A stretch of 64,000 nt of DNA, taken from assembly GCF_009914755.1 (NCBI RefSeq), contig NC_060930.1. The stretch is one strand, 5' to 3'. The notes under the pieces were generated by a model. The model searched no databases. It saw nothing but the letters and a program-made list of their open reading frames with translations, and was not told where the DNA came from. Shown piece after piece: positions 14,273 to 29,451 of this stretch (positions are counted from its first letter, which is position 1; each line of letters opens with the position of its first letter). The position numbers and the translations under genes were made by a program. The stretch comes from the human T2T-CHM13v2.0 reference genome, Homo sapiens.

Positions 14273-16722
14273 GAACGTCGAACTTGCTCTTCTCCTTCAC
14301 AGCACAAAAAGGGGCACAAATGAAGTATGTAGATATCAAAAAGGCAAAACTTCTTTCTAAATCCTTAGAACACAGACATTTTATAAATTATGTATAGAGT
14401 TTTTGTCTTACATGAACCATTTCCACACAATAATCTTTATTATTAATATTGATTGGTATAGCAACTATGTACCCAGTAAAAAGGGAAAAAATGTTGAGTG
14501 TACATTTGGGAACCAATTGCCTGGTATTTTTCTTCTCCGAACTTAAAATCAAGTTAGACTGAGTTTCACACATTCATACCTTAAAAATAACAACCTGAGG
14601 GTCTGGTTCTGTGCAAAGTGGTAGCTATAGTATACCTTGTCTCTCCCACTAAATCCAACAATAATCCTTGTATAGAATGCGTTGAGCAGCTATTTGAAGA
14701 CTGAAAAATACATGATAGCAGAAGAACTAAGGAAGAAGATTAGAATCTAAAGTACGACAAAACCAGATTAAGTTTCCTGGCATTTTTTCCTCCAATATGG
14801 CCTGGCTTTTTTTTCTCTCTGCTGTAATCAACTGGCCTTGACTCAAAAGCAGCAGAAAAGCTGGAAGTGCAATTGATTGTGTACAAAGACTGCCAAGAGA
14901 AGCCTTATCTTTCTGGTCCAAGAATCAGAAAGGGGGTGCTTAAAGGTCAGAGAAGGAAGAACATCCAATATTCTTTTCCACCTCTCTAGTCCCAACTCCC
15001 AGGTAATCCCACGGGGATGGCAGAAGCAATAACCACGACAGATGCCTAAAATTCTAAGGTAAGGGAATCATTCTTTTTACCAGAGGATATAGAGCTGGTC
15101 TCAAGATCGTAGGTCAAATGCCTGTTGCAACTTTCTCTCTGTCTTCCAATCGTATGGCATCAGATGCAAATAAATCTGGAGGAAGTACACAGCAGGGCAG
15201 GAAAACAAAAGCCCAGTTTTCCGGCCATGAGGACTGGAAAGGGGGTCCTCATGGAAACAAAAAATATCAGAGATCACAGAAAGAAGGGAACTCATGAGAG
15301 CAATCCCATAAAGTTGTATATTAACTTCTACACTCACTTTTGAGCTAAACGTGCATAGATTTGACCTTAAACAGCATACCAAAGGCTTTGAGAAGTAAAC
15401 TATAGCATAGACTACTGCACAGATCCCACACTATCCACTGGGCGGTACACATAATGGACAAATACAAACAGTACTACTGAGTAGACTTTGAAAACCAAAT
15501 TGATATCGGAACCGCAGGCCACAGGTGGGTCCAACTTGCAAAATCACCTAACCAGGTTGAGTGACCACTAAAGCAAAGAAGAACAGTATTCCCCTTAAGA
15601 TACAACTGACAGCTAGAATCTCATAATATGCAAATGTCCAGAATAGATTAAAAAATCACTCAACATAGAAACAGGAAAACGTTAACTTGGAAAATAAAAG
15701 ACTAATAAGCAAACACCAATCCTGAGGTGTCAGACCTTGAAATTTCTGTACAATGTACAAAGACTTACAATCAGTTATTATAACCATGCCTAAGAACATA
15801 AGGGCAAAGTCTTTCTAAATAAATGGAAAGAAAGTATTGGACAAGAAATAAAAGCTATACCAAATGGAAATTTTAGAACTTAAAAATACAATAATTATAA
15901 TAAAATATTCATTGGATGGGCTGAAGAACAGAATTGAGATGAGAGTAGAAAGCATCAGTGAACTTAAAGCTGAATCATTAGAAACAAATCAGTTTGGAAA
16001 ATAAAGAGAAAACAAGTCCTTAAAAAAGTAGGCCTTTTGATACTATCATATAGTCACCTGAGGCTCAGAGCCTCAGGACAATATCAAAAGGCCTAACATT
16101 TGTATCATCAGAGTCCCAGAAAGAGAGGAGAAAGAAAAAAATATTTGGAGAAAATAATGGCTGAAAACATATCAAATTTGATAAAAGACATATACTTACA
16201 GAATCAGGAAGCTCAGAAAACCCCAAGAAGATAAACCCCAAAACCTCCAAACCCAGAAACATTATATTTAAGATTCTGAAAGTGAAAAATAAAATACCAT
16301 TAAAACATCCAGAGAAAACTGATGTATTACAAACATATATCAACTTGAATGACTGCAGATTTCTCATCAGGAAAAAGAAAGGGCGGGAGGAAGAGAAATG
16401 GCTTTTTTTTTTTTAGGTCTTAAAGGGAAAGAACTGTCAACTCATTATTATATAACTATTGAAAATATCCTTCACAAATGAAGATAAAATAGACATTCTC
16501 AGAGGAAGAAAAACTAAGACAATTAGTTTCCAGCAAACCTGCTTTAAAAAAATGTTAGAGGACATTCTTTAAATGGAAGAGAAATGATACCCCAAAACAA
16601 ACACAGAACATGGGGAATGAAACAGAGTAACAGAAATAGTATCTACCTGGATAACTCTAATAGATTATCCTTTCCCTCTTAAACTCTTTAAAATATGTGT
16701 GACAGTTAAAAACAAAAGTTAG

Positions 16723-17317
<595 letters not shown>

Positions 17318-18195
17318 GGTATAAACATTACATTAAATTACTATTTTAAAAATATTTGTGTAATACATATATAGAGATATAAGAGGATATAATACATATA
17401 ACTACAACATAAATAGAGGAAGGTAATGAGATCTATATAATGGTAAGATCTCTATATTTCAATTGAAGTGGTGAAATTTTAACTTTAAGTTGACTGTGAA
17501 AAGTTCGGTATGTGTATCATAATCACCAGACCAAGTACTAAAAACAAGCTATACAAAGAAATATTGTCAAAAACTCACAGAATAAATCAAAATGGAATAA
17601 TAAAAATATTTAAGTAATTAAAAATTAGGTTGGAAAGGAGAAATAGAGGAATGAAAAATAAGGGAACAGACACCTATGATATGATAGAAATCTGTTTATC
17701 TCTCTGTGTATCAACAATTACATTAAATGTAAATGGCCTAAACACAAAAATCAAAAGACAGAGATTGTCAAAAATTGGCAATGGCTACAAGCAAACCTGA
17801 CTGATTAGATCATTACTGCTTCTCACCTACATGTTCCTGTCAAAGTCCAGAAAATGTCTACTAAACAAAGCAAGGGAAAGTGCTGTATTATGAAATTTTG
17901 CTTCAATTACAGAAGTATATCATTAGTTTGCTAGGGCTGCCACAACAAAGCGTCACACACTGGGTGGCTTAAACATAAATTTATTTTATCAAAGTTCTGA
18001 AGGATAGAAGTCCAAAATCAAGGTGTCTGGAGGGCTGATTTTATTCTATGGCTTCTCTCCTGGACTTACTAGATGGCCATCTTAAGACTCTGAATAGACA
18101 ATTTAAATGTATTTAAATATATTCTAAGCTTAAAGGGCCAATGCCTAATAGTACAATGGAAGTCTTAGAACTCCTTCAGCCTCTGGATCTCTAAG

Positions 18196-18509
18196 GTTTT
18201 ATTCTTTTGTTTTGTTTTGCTTTGTTTTGTTTTTCTGAGACAAGGTCTCAATCTGTCATACAGGCTGGAGTGCAGTGGGTGTGATCATGGCTCACTGTGG
18301 CCTTCCACCTCAGCCACTCAAGTAGCTGAGACTACAGGTGCACACCACCATGCCCAGCTTTTTGTATTTTTTTTTCTTTTTTGTAAAGATGGGATTTTGC
18401 TATGTTTCCCAGTCTGGTCTTGAACTCCTGGGCTCAAGTGATCCTCCTACCTCGGCCTCCCAGGTGGCTCACATCTGGCATTACAGGTGTGAGCCATCAC
18501 AACTAGCCT
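18196..18509 (-). mobile_element. AluJ with internal deletion
   Basis: Antisense Alu. Confidence 0.85.
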
Positions 18510-18541
18510 GATAACATAATTACTAACATTGGTATGAATAC

Positions 18542-18915
18542 TGTATTAGTCTGTTCTCATGCTACTAATAAAGACATATCCAAGACTGGGAAATTTATAA
18601 AGAAAGATGCTTAATTGACTCACAGTTCAGCATGGCTGGGTAGGCCTCAGGAAACATACAATCATGGCGGGAGGGGAAACAAACACATCCTTCTTCACAT
18701 GGCGGCAGGAAAAAGAATGAGCAAAAGGGGGGAAAGCCCCTTATAAAACCATCAGATCTCGTGAGAACTCACTCACTACCAGGAGAACAGCAGCATGGGG
18801 GTAACCACCCCCATCATTCAATTACCTCCCACTGGGTCCCTCCCACAACACATGGGGATTATGGGAACTACAATTCAAGATGAGATTTGGGTAGGAACAC
18901 AGACAAACCATATCA
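18542..18915 (-). mobile_element. THE1 (THE1C-like) MaLR solo LTR
   Basis: TGTATTAGTCTGTTCTCATGCT...AAACCATATCA termini, TSD aatac/aacac. Confidence 0.88.
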
Positions 18916-19082
18916 AACACACAAGTATTTTTGCCGATGTTCTTACTCAACCATTACCTGATTATTGAAAAAATAATACCAGTGTTTTTAAATCCAGGGT
19001 CTGTATATTAGTAGAAAAGCTCTAGCAGTTATATTCTCATGTTTTTAGAGAACATTATTCATTATTATATTACCTGACTTCC

Positions 19083-19320
19083 TACTATGGTTTCAATCTG
19101 TCCCCAAAAGTCCATGTGTTGTTAATCCCCAATGCAACTGTGTTAAGAGGTGGGATTTTTATGAGGTGACTAGTATTGTTAATGCAGGAGTGGGTTCGTT
19201 ATTGCAAGCAAGAGTGGGTTCCTTTATAAAAGCAAGTTCAGCCCTCTCTTGCTCCTTCTCACCCTCTACCATCTTGCCTTCCGCCATGGGATGATGTAGC
19301 AAGGAGGACCTTCCCAGATG
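19083..19320 (+). mobile_element. MST-type MaLR LTR fragment
   Basis: ATGGTTT...TGTCCCCAAAAG...TTAATCCCCAATGCAAC...CCTTCCGCCATGGGATGA. Confidence 0.6.
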
Positions 19321-20935
19321 CTATATCACACAGCTAATTGGGAGGCTTGGGACTTGGGCTCATTTCTTCTAGGCACAAAGTTTTAGAATGTCCATTCCTT
19401 TACATCACATTCTCCCCTACCTGTCCAAAAGTTAGAGGGAAATCAGAGCTGAAAAAGGCAAAATCTCAAATCCATTCCTTTCTTCAATATTTTTTATACT
19501 CCATATCACCTGTCTCAAGAGTTACCATATCAAACTCACCTTTCTTATTACAGCACACATTTTGTTATTGTGATATTCTATACTACTACTGTTGTTTCCA
19601 CTGCAGCAAGGTAACAAACATATACAGAGGTACCTGGCTGTATATGACTTTCACATAAGTGGGATTCTATGTTAAATAATAAATCAGTTTCTCACGTTGC
19701 AGAGGCAACTCTAGAGAATGTGGTTGGATGAAATTTTCTGAATAATTCATTCAGGTCTAGTTTACATTGAAGAAAAAGAGGTTTAGGGTACTTTTCCTTC
19801 ATTGCCATGAATCTTATTTCTCTCTCTTTCTTACAACACACCCAACTAGGTCTTGTCATGCCAGGAAACAAACAGCTACAAAAGCTGATTTTTTAGATGT
19901 AAAAGTTAGTAATGATGACCCAAATTAACTTCGATAAAACACTATCTTCTACTGGAACGTAACTCTTAAACATGACTTATACTGAACCAAACTGCCTAAA
20001 ATATGGAAGAGTGGTGTTGTTTGGAGATTTACTTATGGGTCATGTTATTATTTACTCTTAAGATATAGAAACCATGTAAGCACAATTATGATAGAACTAT
20101 CAATTAGTGTTTTCTACCATTGCAAAGGGAAATAAACTAATTGAGAATAAAAAATAGGCATGATTATTTTATTATGTGTAGAATTTTAATTTTGAAGGGC
20201 AATTTATGAAATATTATTAGTCACATGAAAATTATTGAGAAAAAAATTTAAAACACAACTCATCTATATTAGACCATATCCCTGAAAATAAAAAACATTA
20301 AACATTAAATTAGACACATTTATATAAAACCGGCAAAGATAAGCATCTCAAAAATAGTTAGGGCTATGCACAGAAAAATATTAAATCTCATAAACATGAG
20401 GCAGATTTACTTCCCCAATTGTTTTGATGAAATCCTACCTTGAATGATGCATATTTTAATACAAACAAATAGTAAGGCTTAGACTCATACATGAATCATA
20501 ACAAATGAAGATCCTAATTCTCTTAAGTTTTTTGAAAATTTTTGAATTCATACCATATCTACTGTTAACTTTGATTTTACCAAGATGAAGCACCTCCCTT
20601 AGGTTATCCAGCAAGTAATTAAAATTTCATGAGATTATCAAGCTTAAACCACATTTCAACTTTTCTGACTACATTTCAGCATACTATATAATGGCATAGG
20701 AAGTGAACTAAACTTTAGACTTCAATGTGAATTTATTTTCACAAAATTACTTTAAAGAGGACAATGCCTAAACTATCACTTTAAAAGCTGAGTTCTGTTT
20801 AAAGACAAAAATAAAGACATGGCTCATTCATTAAGTAAACATTTATTTAATGTCTACTGAGCAAAATACTGTACTAAATATTGTGACTCCTGCCCTATGA
20901 CAATCAAAGAAATAAGAAAAAAAAATACAACTTAT

Positions 20936-21230
20936 GGCCGGGTGCAGTAGCTCACGCCTGTAATCCCAACACTTTTGGGAGGCCGAGGCGGGCAGATCAC
21001 TTAAGGTCAGGAGTTTGAGACCAGCGTGGCCAACATGACCAAACCCTGTCTCTATTAAAATATAGAAATTAGCTGGGCATAGTGGCACATGCCTGTAATC
21101 TCAGCTACTCAGGAGGCTGAGGCACAAGAGTCACTTGAACCCAGGAGGTAGAGTTTGCAGTGAACCTAGATCACACCACTGCACTCCAGCCTGGGCAACA
21201 GAACAAGGCTCTGTCTCAAAAAAAAAAAAA
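20936..21230 (+). mobile_element. AluS
   Basis: Dimeric Alu with A tail. Confidence 0.92.
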
Positions 21231-22187
21231 GGAAAATAAAAAGACAAGTTAGTAAATACAAAATTATATAGTACAACTGAATACATAAAAACAGAGGTGT
21301 TAAATAATAAGACTAACATAACTAAGAAATGCTTCCCTAGAAAGATCATTATTAAATCAACTAAGACATTTTCATAGTAGAAATTACACACAAAAAGGAA
21401 AGAATTAAGAGATTCAGCAAATATATTTTAAGTGGAAGCCTACATTGGGGAACGAATAAGATAAATTTGGAGAAGACTGTAAACCCAATTGACAGACTGA
21501 TTTTACATTAAACATAATAGGAAATAATAACATACTATAAATGCTTGGATAATAGAAAAGTGAAGAAAATGTTAATTAATGAAGGTGTCTCTTTCATATA
21601 TATATGTAGAATGAACTATATCAATGGAAATAAAACCAGCAAAACTGTTGTTGCAGCTACCCAAAGGTAAATGATGAAGTTCTGTGTTAGTGTGGTTGAA
21701 GAAGACATGTGACAGGCTGGGTTGTTGAGGGAAGTAAAATCTACTCTTGTCTCTTTGGAGCCAAGGTTATTACAAAATAATAAGAATAAAAATAAGCCAA
21801 AACATTCCTGAGCTACTAGCAAAATTAAAGGCCTAGAGGTCTTGAATGTATGACAGATGAAGAAAGTCCCATAGCTGTAGTTTCAATGGTACATAGGAAA
21901 CTCTGTTACTCCCATAAGGTACCAGATAACCATCCTAGAACTGAGTAAAAGATTATTCCATCGATTGCCTCCAAGTTGGTACACTGGATTGTGGATCCAA
22001 TTTGACATAATGCAGATAAAAAGTTCAAGTATTACAAATTTGAAAATGTGCTTTTAACATATTAATGTTACATCTTATCTTTGATAGAAGATCTTTGTGA
22101 TACTATTATTCTGAAGTAGGAATTAATCCTTAATTCCTAGTAACCTTGTGAACAGGAGTCACAAGGATTGTTATATCATAAATTCTT

Positions 22188-22533
<346 letters not shown>

Positions 22534-23387
22534 TCAGGGATTGCTCATGCCATCTACATACTCTTAATAGACACTCTTGCCCCCAACTTGAGGAAAATCA
22601 AACAGGTTATACAACTCATGTGGTCCTTCTTAAGTGTCAACCCACAACTTGGTCATAAATTACAGTAGGCAGGTGACACATACAAGTCACAAATAGTTTT
22701 GTCACATCAAATTTTACTTTTGTTCTACTGAAAATAGGTGGCAAACCTGCAGAATAATAAAAGAAAAGAAAAAACAATCAAACTAGCAATTAAATTTATT
22801 TTAAAGAAAGAAATAAGTTGGAATTATTTACAATTTAATAATGCTACATGACGGCAGATAGCACACAGTCATAGATTTGTAAAAGGTGCCTGTCACCACA
22901 CACACAAAAAAAATCACTCACACTGACTATAACTTGTTAAATAAATCATGTCTTTAAGTCATTAATATGATCAACAAATCATCAGGAACACGACAAGGAA
23001 AAAGCTGAGCTTCTGTTCTTAATGTGAAATGCAGTCCACCAAAGAGACAACCAAAATAACTAAACAAACCTCTGTGCTGACTGATGGCATTTTCAGACTC
23101 CTGAATAAATAGGAAATGTCCAAAGCGCACGCACACACACACACAAAAGGAACAATCCCGAGACAAACCTGGCTGTAAAATAAGTGTGGAAGCAAAATGA
23201 TAAATTCGGAGGTATTTTTTATTTGAGAGACATCCCGAGTGCTTATATTGCATCACCAGTGAAGGAAAATGAAATGTTACCAGGATCCGAAAAGGAGTCT
23301 CTGAACAGGGTGTACACTGAATTCCCCTTTAATAAAAAGAGAGCAGCTCTAAACAAAATTTTTTTTTAACTTCCAGAAAGCCAAATT

Positions 23388-23433
23388 AAAAACAAAACAA
23401 AACAAAACAAAACAAAAGAAAGAAAGAAAAGAA
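23388..23433. repeat. (AAAAC)n(AAAG)n compound microsatellite
   Basis: Seen directly. Confidence 0.85.
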
Positions 23434-24082
23434 ATGGCTTTACCCACAGTCCCATGTCTGGGACAGAGTTCTTCTACCAAGCCATGCAAAGTGTCCAAGA
23501 CAGAGGCCACCCACCACGCATTCCCAGACTCTTAACCGTGTCACTCCAGAAACCGAGAGGACTTGGATTTCCAGATTGCTAACGTGATCTGAAGGCACTC
23601 AGTACACGTTTCTGTCTGGGCAGGACCAGTTGAGCCACTTCTCGCCTTATCAACTTCCAATAATTGCCACACTGTGTGTGCAACCAGTAAGTGAGTGGCA
23701 CATGGAGTCTGACCTGGCACTCCATTCACACACTTTGTCTGATACTACTTTCATTGTCTGGGCTCTTGTTTTTGGAGAAGAGCTGCCGAAAAGTATCACC
23801 TTTTCCTCTATCACTAACCTTTACCTTTACCTCTATCCCTAACATGGGATGCCGAGGTGCAGAGGCACCAGCACTGCCCTGCCATCACTCTAGTGGATAC
23901 GGACCCGATTAGGCGTCCTTCTTCCTTCTGCCCACACCAAGGCCCCCCAGGCCGCGGCCGCTCACCGGGAACCTTCCCAGGGGAGCGGCGGAGGGGCGAG
24001 GCCATGGTGCGGGGACCTGCAAGAGGGCCCTGACCCTGATAGAGAGGGGCCGATGGGCGGCCAGGTGGGCCTGCGGGTTTAC

Positions 24083-24160
24083 CTTGTTGAGGTGAGGGTT
24101 CCGTGTCAGCAGGTAGCCGCGCTGATGGGTGTGGCGGCGACGGGGGGCTTCGGGCTCCAT
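24083..24160 (-). CDS. ME1: Malic enzyme 1 (cytosolic, NADP-dependent), coding part of exon 1
   Basis: Translates MEPEAPRRRHTHQRGYLLTRNPHLNK, the N-terminus of human ME1. Strong Kozak context (gccATGg). Followed by donor AAG|GTAAAC at 24082. Confidence 0.97.
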
Positions 24161-24385
24161 GGCTGGCGCCGGGTTCGGCGGCGGGGTCAGGCCGGGGCGG
24201 GCCGCACGCGCGGTGCAGGCGGCGGATGCTGCTGGGGTGACGGTGCTGACTGCAGCTGTGGCGGCGGCGGCCGCACTGGGAAAGGCCCAGCGGCTGGGGG
24301 CGGGCGTGGGTGGCGAGAGGGGGTGGACGCGTCGGGAGGGGCCCGAGCGAAGCCGGTGTCCCCAGCAGGGCAGCCTGCGAGAAGC

Positions 24386-24395
24386 GCTGAGTCAT
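24386..24395 (-). promoter_or_regulatory. ARE/MARE (NRF2-sMAF) site with embedded AP-1
   Basis: ATGACTCAGC on the minus strand matches RTGACnnnGC and contains TGACTCA. It lies ~230 bp upstream of the ATG. ME1 is an established NRF2 target. Confidence 0.75.
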
Positions 24396-25210
24396 GGCAG
24401 GAGATCATCCGAGCCGGCGTGTGAGGAGGAGGAGGAAGAGCGAGTCCTGGCAGCGCTGCTGGTGGCGGAGCGGGGGTGGCGGCCGGAGCCCTTGGCTCCA
24501 TAGGGCCTCTGCCCACCATGGGCTTATGATCACCGCTGTGGTCGCCTCTCTCCATGTGGGCATGCCTAAACGCAGTGCACTGGGTGGCTCTGCTGACCCC
24601 AGAGACCCAGGGCGGGGGCAGGGAGCGGGGAGCGTCAGGCCAGGATCCCCCTGCCCGGGAAGGCTGGAGAAAGTGCGAGAAGATGCCAGAAGGTGCGAAC
24701 CTGAGCGGTTCAGGCAGAGCCGGCGGTCGCTCAGACACCTAGGGGGATTACAGGACGGAAGGACTCGTGAGGGGTCCCCAGAACTGTTGACAGAACACCT
24801 CGACAGGCTGAGGAGAATCAGACTCGTCTCTCCTGTCTTGTTAGCGTCTTGGAAGCCCTCTTTCTACAGATCCACAACCTTCGCCGTGCCATCCAGGATG
24901 CCGGCCATGCCCGGGGCCCTGAGGCCGGAGGGAACCAACCTTGACCCAGAATGCCGAGGCCCAAGGGAACTGGGAGGAAGCCCAGAGAGGAGAGCTCAGG
25001 CGCCACACCTGTCAGTTTCTACAGATTTTCCACCGGAATTGTATTTGAATGTCAATAAGATAAGAGTCAAGGTGTTAGGGTGCAAAGGCCCAATGAACAG
25101 TCCTGTTTATCTTGTATATTATTTCTCTGGGAGTTCTAGAAACCTGATGTTCAAGAACCACTGCTCTCTCTGAATAATGATGAGTAAGCAGTCTTTCAGG
25201 CCTTCCTCCC

Positions 25211-25282
25211 AACCTCAGGTGATCCGCCCGCCTCCGCCTTCCAAAGTGCTGGGATTATAGGTGTGAGCCACCGCGCCGGGCC
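25211..25282 (-). mobile_element. Alu 5' fragment
   Basis: CCTCAGGTGATCCGCCCGCC...GAGCCACCGCGCCGGGCC. Confidence 0.85.
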
Positions 25283-26814
25283 ATTTTTTTATTGTTTTAT
25301 TGATATTTATGCTTGGAGGTTCATGGACTGGAGGAATAGTCAGATCATAGCCAAAAGGAGTGCCTGTCTGATAAAAATAAATTAATAGCAACAGACACTA
25401 AAGCCTTCTGTGCCCCAGTTTCCTTTTCAGTTAAATAGGATTGCTAGTTTCTGTCCCATTTGTCTCTGCATACTGATATTACAAAGGATAGTGTTTGAGA
25501 TTATTTGCTGATTTTATATCTCCATATACTAGACACACATCCAATCACAGTGTTTTCATTTCTAGTTATGTTAACTTTGCCTTATCAGAAAGATTTCTTA
25601 CAGTAATTGTATTTTGTCCGTATTTACATTTAGAAGCTTCTTTGACCTCGCCTGAATTATCTAGAATTCGTTGTTTTTATAGAGAATATTTTCTAGGCAT
25701 CACAAAGTTCTTTTTGAAAAAAATCCTTGAAGTTAAATGACACCTTTCATTGTTAATTCTATACTCCATAAATACTCAATCCTACAACATCTAAGAAAAA
25801 GGTGTACTTTACACAACTCACTCTCCTGAATTAACTGAGACACATTACAGTTAGGGTGTTTTATGTGAGAGGAAACAGTTTAACAGCTGGCATGGGAGCC
25901 AATTCAAGCTGCTTAAGAAGAAACAAAAATGTTAGTACAACAGACCCTTATTATAATAAAGTACTTATTACATGAATTTAGATATACTACCTACCTGTTC
26001 CTGTTTCTGAGATTTAATATCTACAGATAGGAAAAGTGTTATAAGTACAGGGAGTAACCCACAAAGAGTATATGGCCTCTCCCTCAAAGGCAACATTACA
26101 AGGGGATTACAATATCCTGCCAGTAGTAGGTAAAGTTCACATCTTTCATCTGTATGTTTATTTTAATTATTAAAATAACCGCCGTCATCTTGAATGAAAC
26201 AGGATAAGGCCTAGCTGAAGAAGCCATTTAGTACATTCATATGTAGTTCCAAGAATACTAGAAAGAACCTATTTTTCTACATAAATGTTAGCTAGAATAT
26301 CAAAATTTTCAGTCTTTTTTAAATAATAATCTCATAAGGTTAGGTTTTATTTCCAAAAACGTAGGAAAACAGATGCAGAGAAAAAAACTGCTTTAATTTG
26401 CCTTGTAACAAACTGTGGTTGCACTGTCACTCTGAAAGCAATTGGTAATGTTAAGAATGGGTATCATTCACAAATTAAGAGACTAAAACATAGATTTCTG
26501 TTATACACAGGTGAGAATGCCATCAGTCAAAATCAGATTTTTCTTTCCCAAGTTATAGTTTAGCACACAAAGAGCTTTTACAACATAAAATATGATTGTA
26601 ATAGATACTCTGATGTAATGTCAGTTGAGATTGCAAGTATAGAAAATTCAGGAAATAACTCTTAGTACATACAGCAATTCTAATATTTTACTTTCATGAG
26701 ATAAAAAAGATTAATAGAAAAAATACATATCTAGGTGAGGATTTATAATATTAACTAAATGATTCTGTATTTCTTCACACAAAAAGCACACTACTACTAT
26801 GTCTTCAAAATCTA

Positions 26815-27087
26815 GTGTGCATTTTATAACACATCTCAATTTAGACACCAAATTTTTATCAGAAATTTGATCTGTATTTCAATTTTATAAAACTTACATT
26901 TGCAATAGTAGACTCTCATACCTAACTTGTTGCAAATATACCTTAAAGTTTTCCAATGACTAAATTGAGTATCTGTTTTATATTTAAATTAAAATCAAAT
27001 ACAATTTAAACTGAGTATCTCATTTGCACTGGCCACATTTCAAATGCTTAGTAACATGCCAGTGACCATCGAATTAGAGAGCACAAG
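26815..27087. mobile_element. MER33-like hAT-Charlie element
   Basis: CACATCTCAATTTAGAC...GCACTGGCCACATTTCAAATGCT. Confidence 0.6.
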
Positions 27088-27422
27088 TCTAATCCAATGC
27101 ATTTGGGCCCTTAATTAAATGTTTTAAATAAATAAAGATCAAATATACATACCTGTGTTATTGTAATGTTCATACAGATGTTGTTACATGAATCGCAGAG
27201 TAACTCAAGTTATACTACCTTATTAGTTTCACATATATAGCTATTTATAACCGTAAATGCATGCAACATACTGATTTTCTTTACAAAGCACTGATTCTTT
27301 TCCTTCTTCTCAGATAGTCAACCCAGTTGTTTCATTCCTCAAACCATTTTGTTAAAAGTTCACATCCCAGTTGATAACATGGCATATGGAATAAAATTCT
27401 AAATTAGTAAAACTGCATTTAA

Positions 27423-27811
<389 letters not shown>

Positions 27812-27917
27812 GCTGCCATTATTTGAAATATTTCTCAGTTCCTCTTTTGGAATTATTTCTTATTTACTCTGGGTAAACACTATACCACATTCTTTTAAGA
27901 GCATTTTATTAGTTTCA

Positions 27918-28224
27918 GGCCAGGCATTGTGGCTCACACCTGTAATCTCAGCATTCGGGGAGGTCAAGGCAGGAGGATCACTTGAAGCCAGGAGTTCAAG
28001 ACCAGCCTGGGCAACAAAGTGAGACCCTGTCTCTACAAAAAACTTGAAAAAAAAAAAAATTATCCCGGTGCGGTGGCATGCACCTATAGTCCCAGCTATT
28101 CAGGAGGCTGAAGCAGAAGAATTGCTTGAGCCCAGGAGGTCAAGCCTACAGTGAGCCACGATTGTGCCACTGTACTCCAGCCTAAGCAACAGAGCAAGGC
28201 TCTGTCTCAAAAAAAAAAAAAAAA
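27918..28224 (+). mobile_element. AluJ (head-to-head with the previous Alu)
   Basis: Dimeric Alu, TSD ttattagttt. Confidence 0.9.
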
Positions 28225-28309
28225 GATTATATTAGTTTTACGTCCACAGGTACCAGGGATTAGAACTTCAAAATATCTTTTCAGGGGACACAGTTCAATC
28301 CATAACAAG

Positions 28310-28700
28310 AATGAAGTCTAGAATCAGACTGACTGGGTTTGAATCTTTCCAGCCCTGTGTCTTTGAAAATCTTATTACCTCGGGGCCTCAGCTTCCTCAT
28401 CAGAAAAATGAGGATATTAAAAGTACCTGCCTTTTAAAGTTGTTATGGGGATTAAAAGAGGTGATTTTTGTGTATTTATTCAATAAATATTTACAGATTA
28501 ACCTACTATGTGTCAGCCCCTGATATACGCCCTGGAAGATTTATAGTGAATAATACAAATTCTCTGTCATCTAGAAATTACATCCTACTGAGATAATAAA
28601 CAAGCTATACTATGTCATATCATATAATACAGATAGACATGTAAAGCACTTAGAACAGTGCCTGTCCCATAGTAAGCATTCAACAAATGTTATTCCTTTC
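28310..28700. mobile_element. MIR/L2 remnants
   Basis: GCCTCAGCTTCCTCATCAGAAAAATGAGGAT and GTAAAGCACTTAGAACAGTGCCTG MIR motifs. Confidence 0.6.
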
Positions 28701-29451
28701 CTTCCAGATCTGGTTCATCTTATGAAGCCATTCCCCATTCCCTCACATTATTTCCCCCTTAATTTATTCAAAATGTTTCTTGAACACTTCCTCTATGCCA
28801 AGCCTTAGACTAGGCACTGGTATGCAAACATAAGCTTATGGGGAGAAACAGCCAATACACAAGTAAAGAAGTAGGTAATTATGAAATCCGAACTGTAAAA
28901 GAAATGAGTGTGCACTTCAGCAATTAGCAACATGAAGACTGATATTTTTGAATATTCATAATGTTTTAAATTGTATTTTTATTGGTATTTGGGATGTCTT
29001 GTGTTTAAGTACTTGAAAATCTCTCTGAATGGTAGAAGTATTCTTTCAAATGTAAATAAAAGATAGCTTCAGTAACACTTCGCTTCTATGTTCATAATAA
29101 ATTTGCCCCCACTGGGGATATTCCCAGAAATACTTCAATTTTGAAGGGGGAAAATACTCATTTAGACAGATAATAGCTGGTGTACTTGTCAACAAGGCAT
29201 TAAAGTTAGTAATCTAGAATATAGACTTTGGACTAAGAGTTCCTGGGCTCCTGTTCCAATTTTGCCAACTTTGTCAAGTTACTTACCTCCCTTTGTCTCC
29301 TCCAATGATTTATCCTCATCATAGTAAGCCCTACATGGGTATTTGTCAAATGAAAACAAAGACAAAAATAAATCAGGTGCATTTCTCTGTATACTTACTT
29401 ACATCTTTTAAAAAGAAAACGCTATCAATCACTAAAAGAAATTCAAATATT

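Larger units (their letters stand above)
23900..24965. promoter_or_regulatory. ME1: CpG island / ME1 promoter and first exon (GC boxes, no obvious TATA)
   Basis: Abrupt GC- and CpG-rich block in AT-rich surroundings, spanning the ME1 ATG. GGGGCGGG boxes near 24195 and 24297. Confidence 0.92.

Noticed and set aside
23909-24082. Extension of the ME1 exon 1 ORF to 83 aa
   Set aside because: Read-through into intron 1 past a canonical donor. ME1 continues in exon 2.
24742-24757. DR4-like GGGGGA-ttac-AGGACG as a thyroid hormone response element
   Set aside because: The first half-site is too far from AGGTCA to call from sequence alone.
24394-25173. 259-aa plus-strand ORF and other 120-190 aa ORFs across the CpG island
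   Set aside because: Low-complexity R/G/P/A content, and stop codons are scarce in GC-rich DNA. No recognisable domain.
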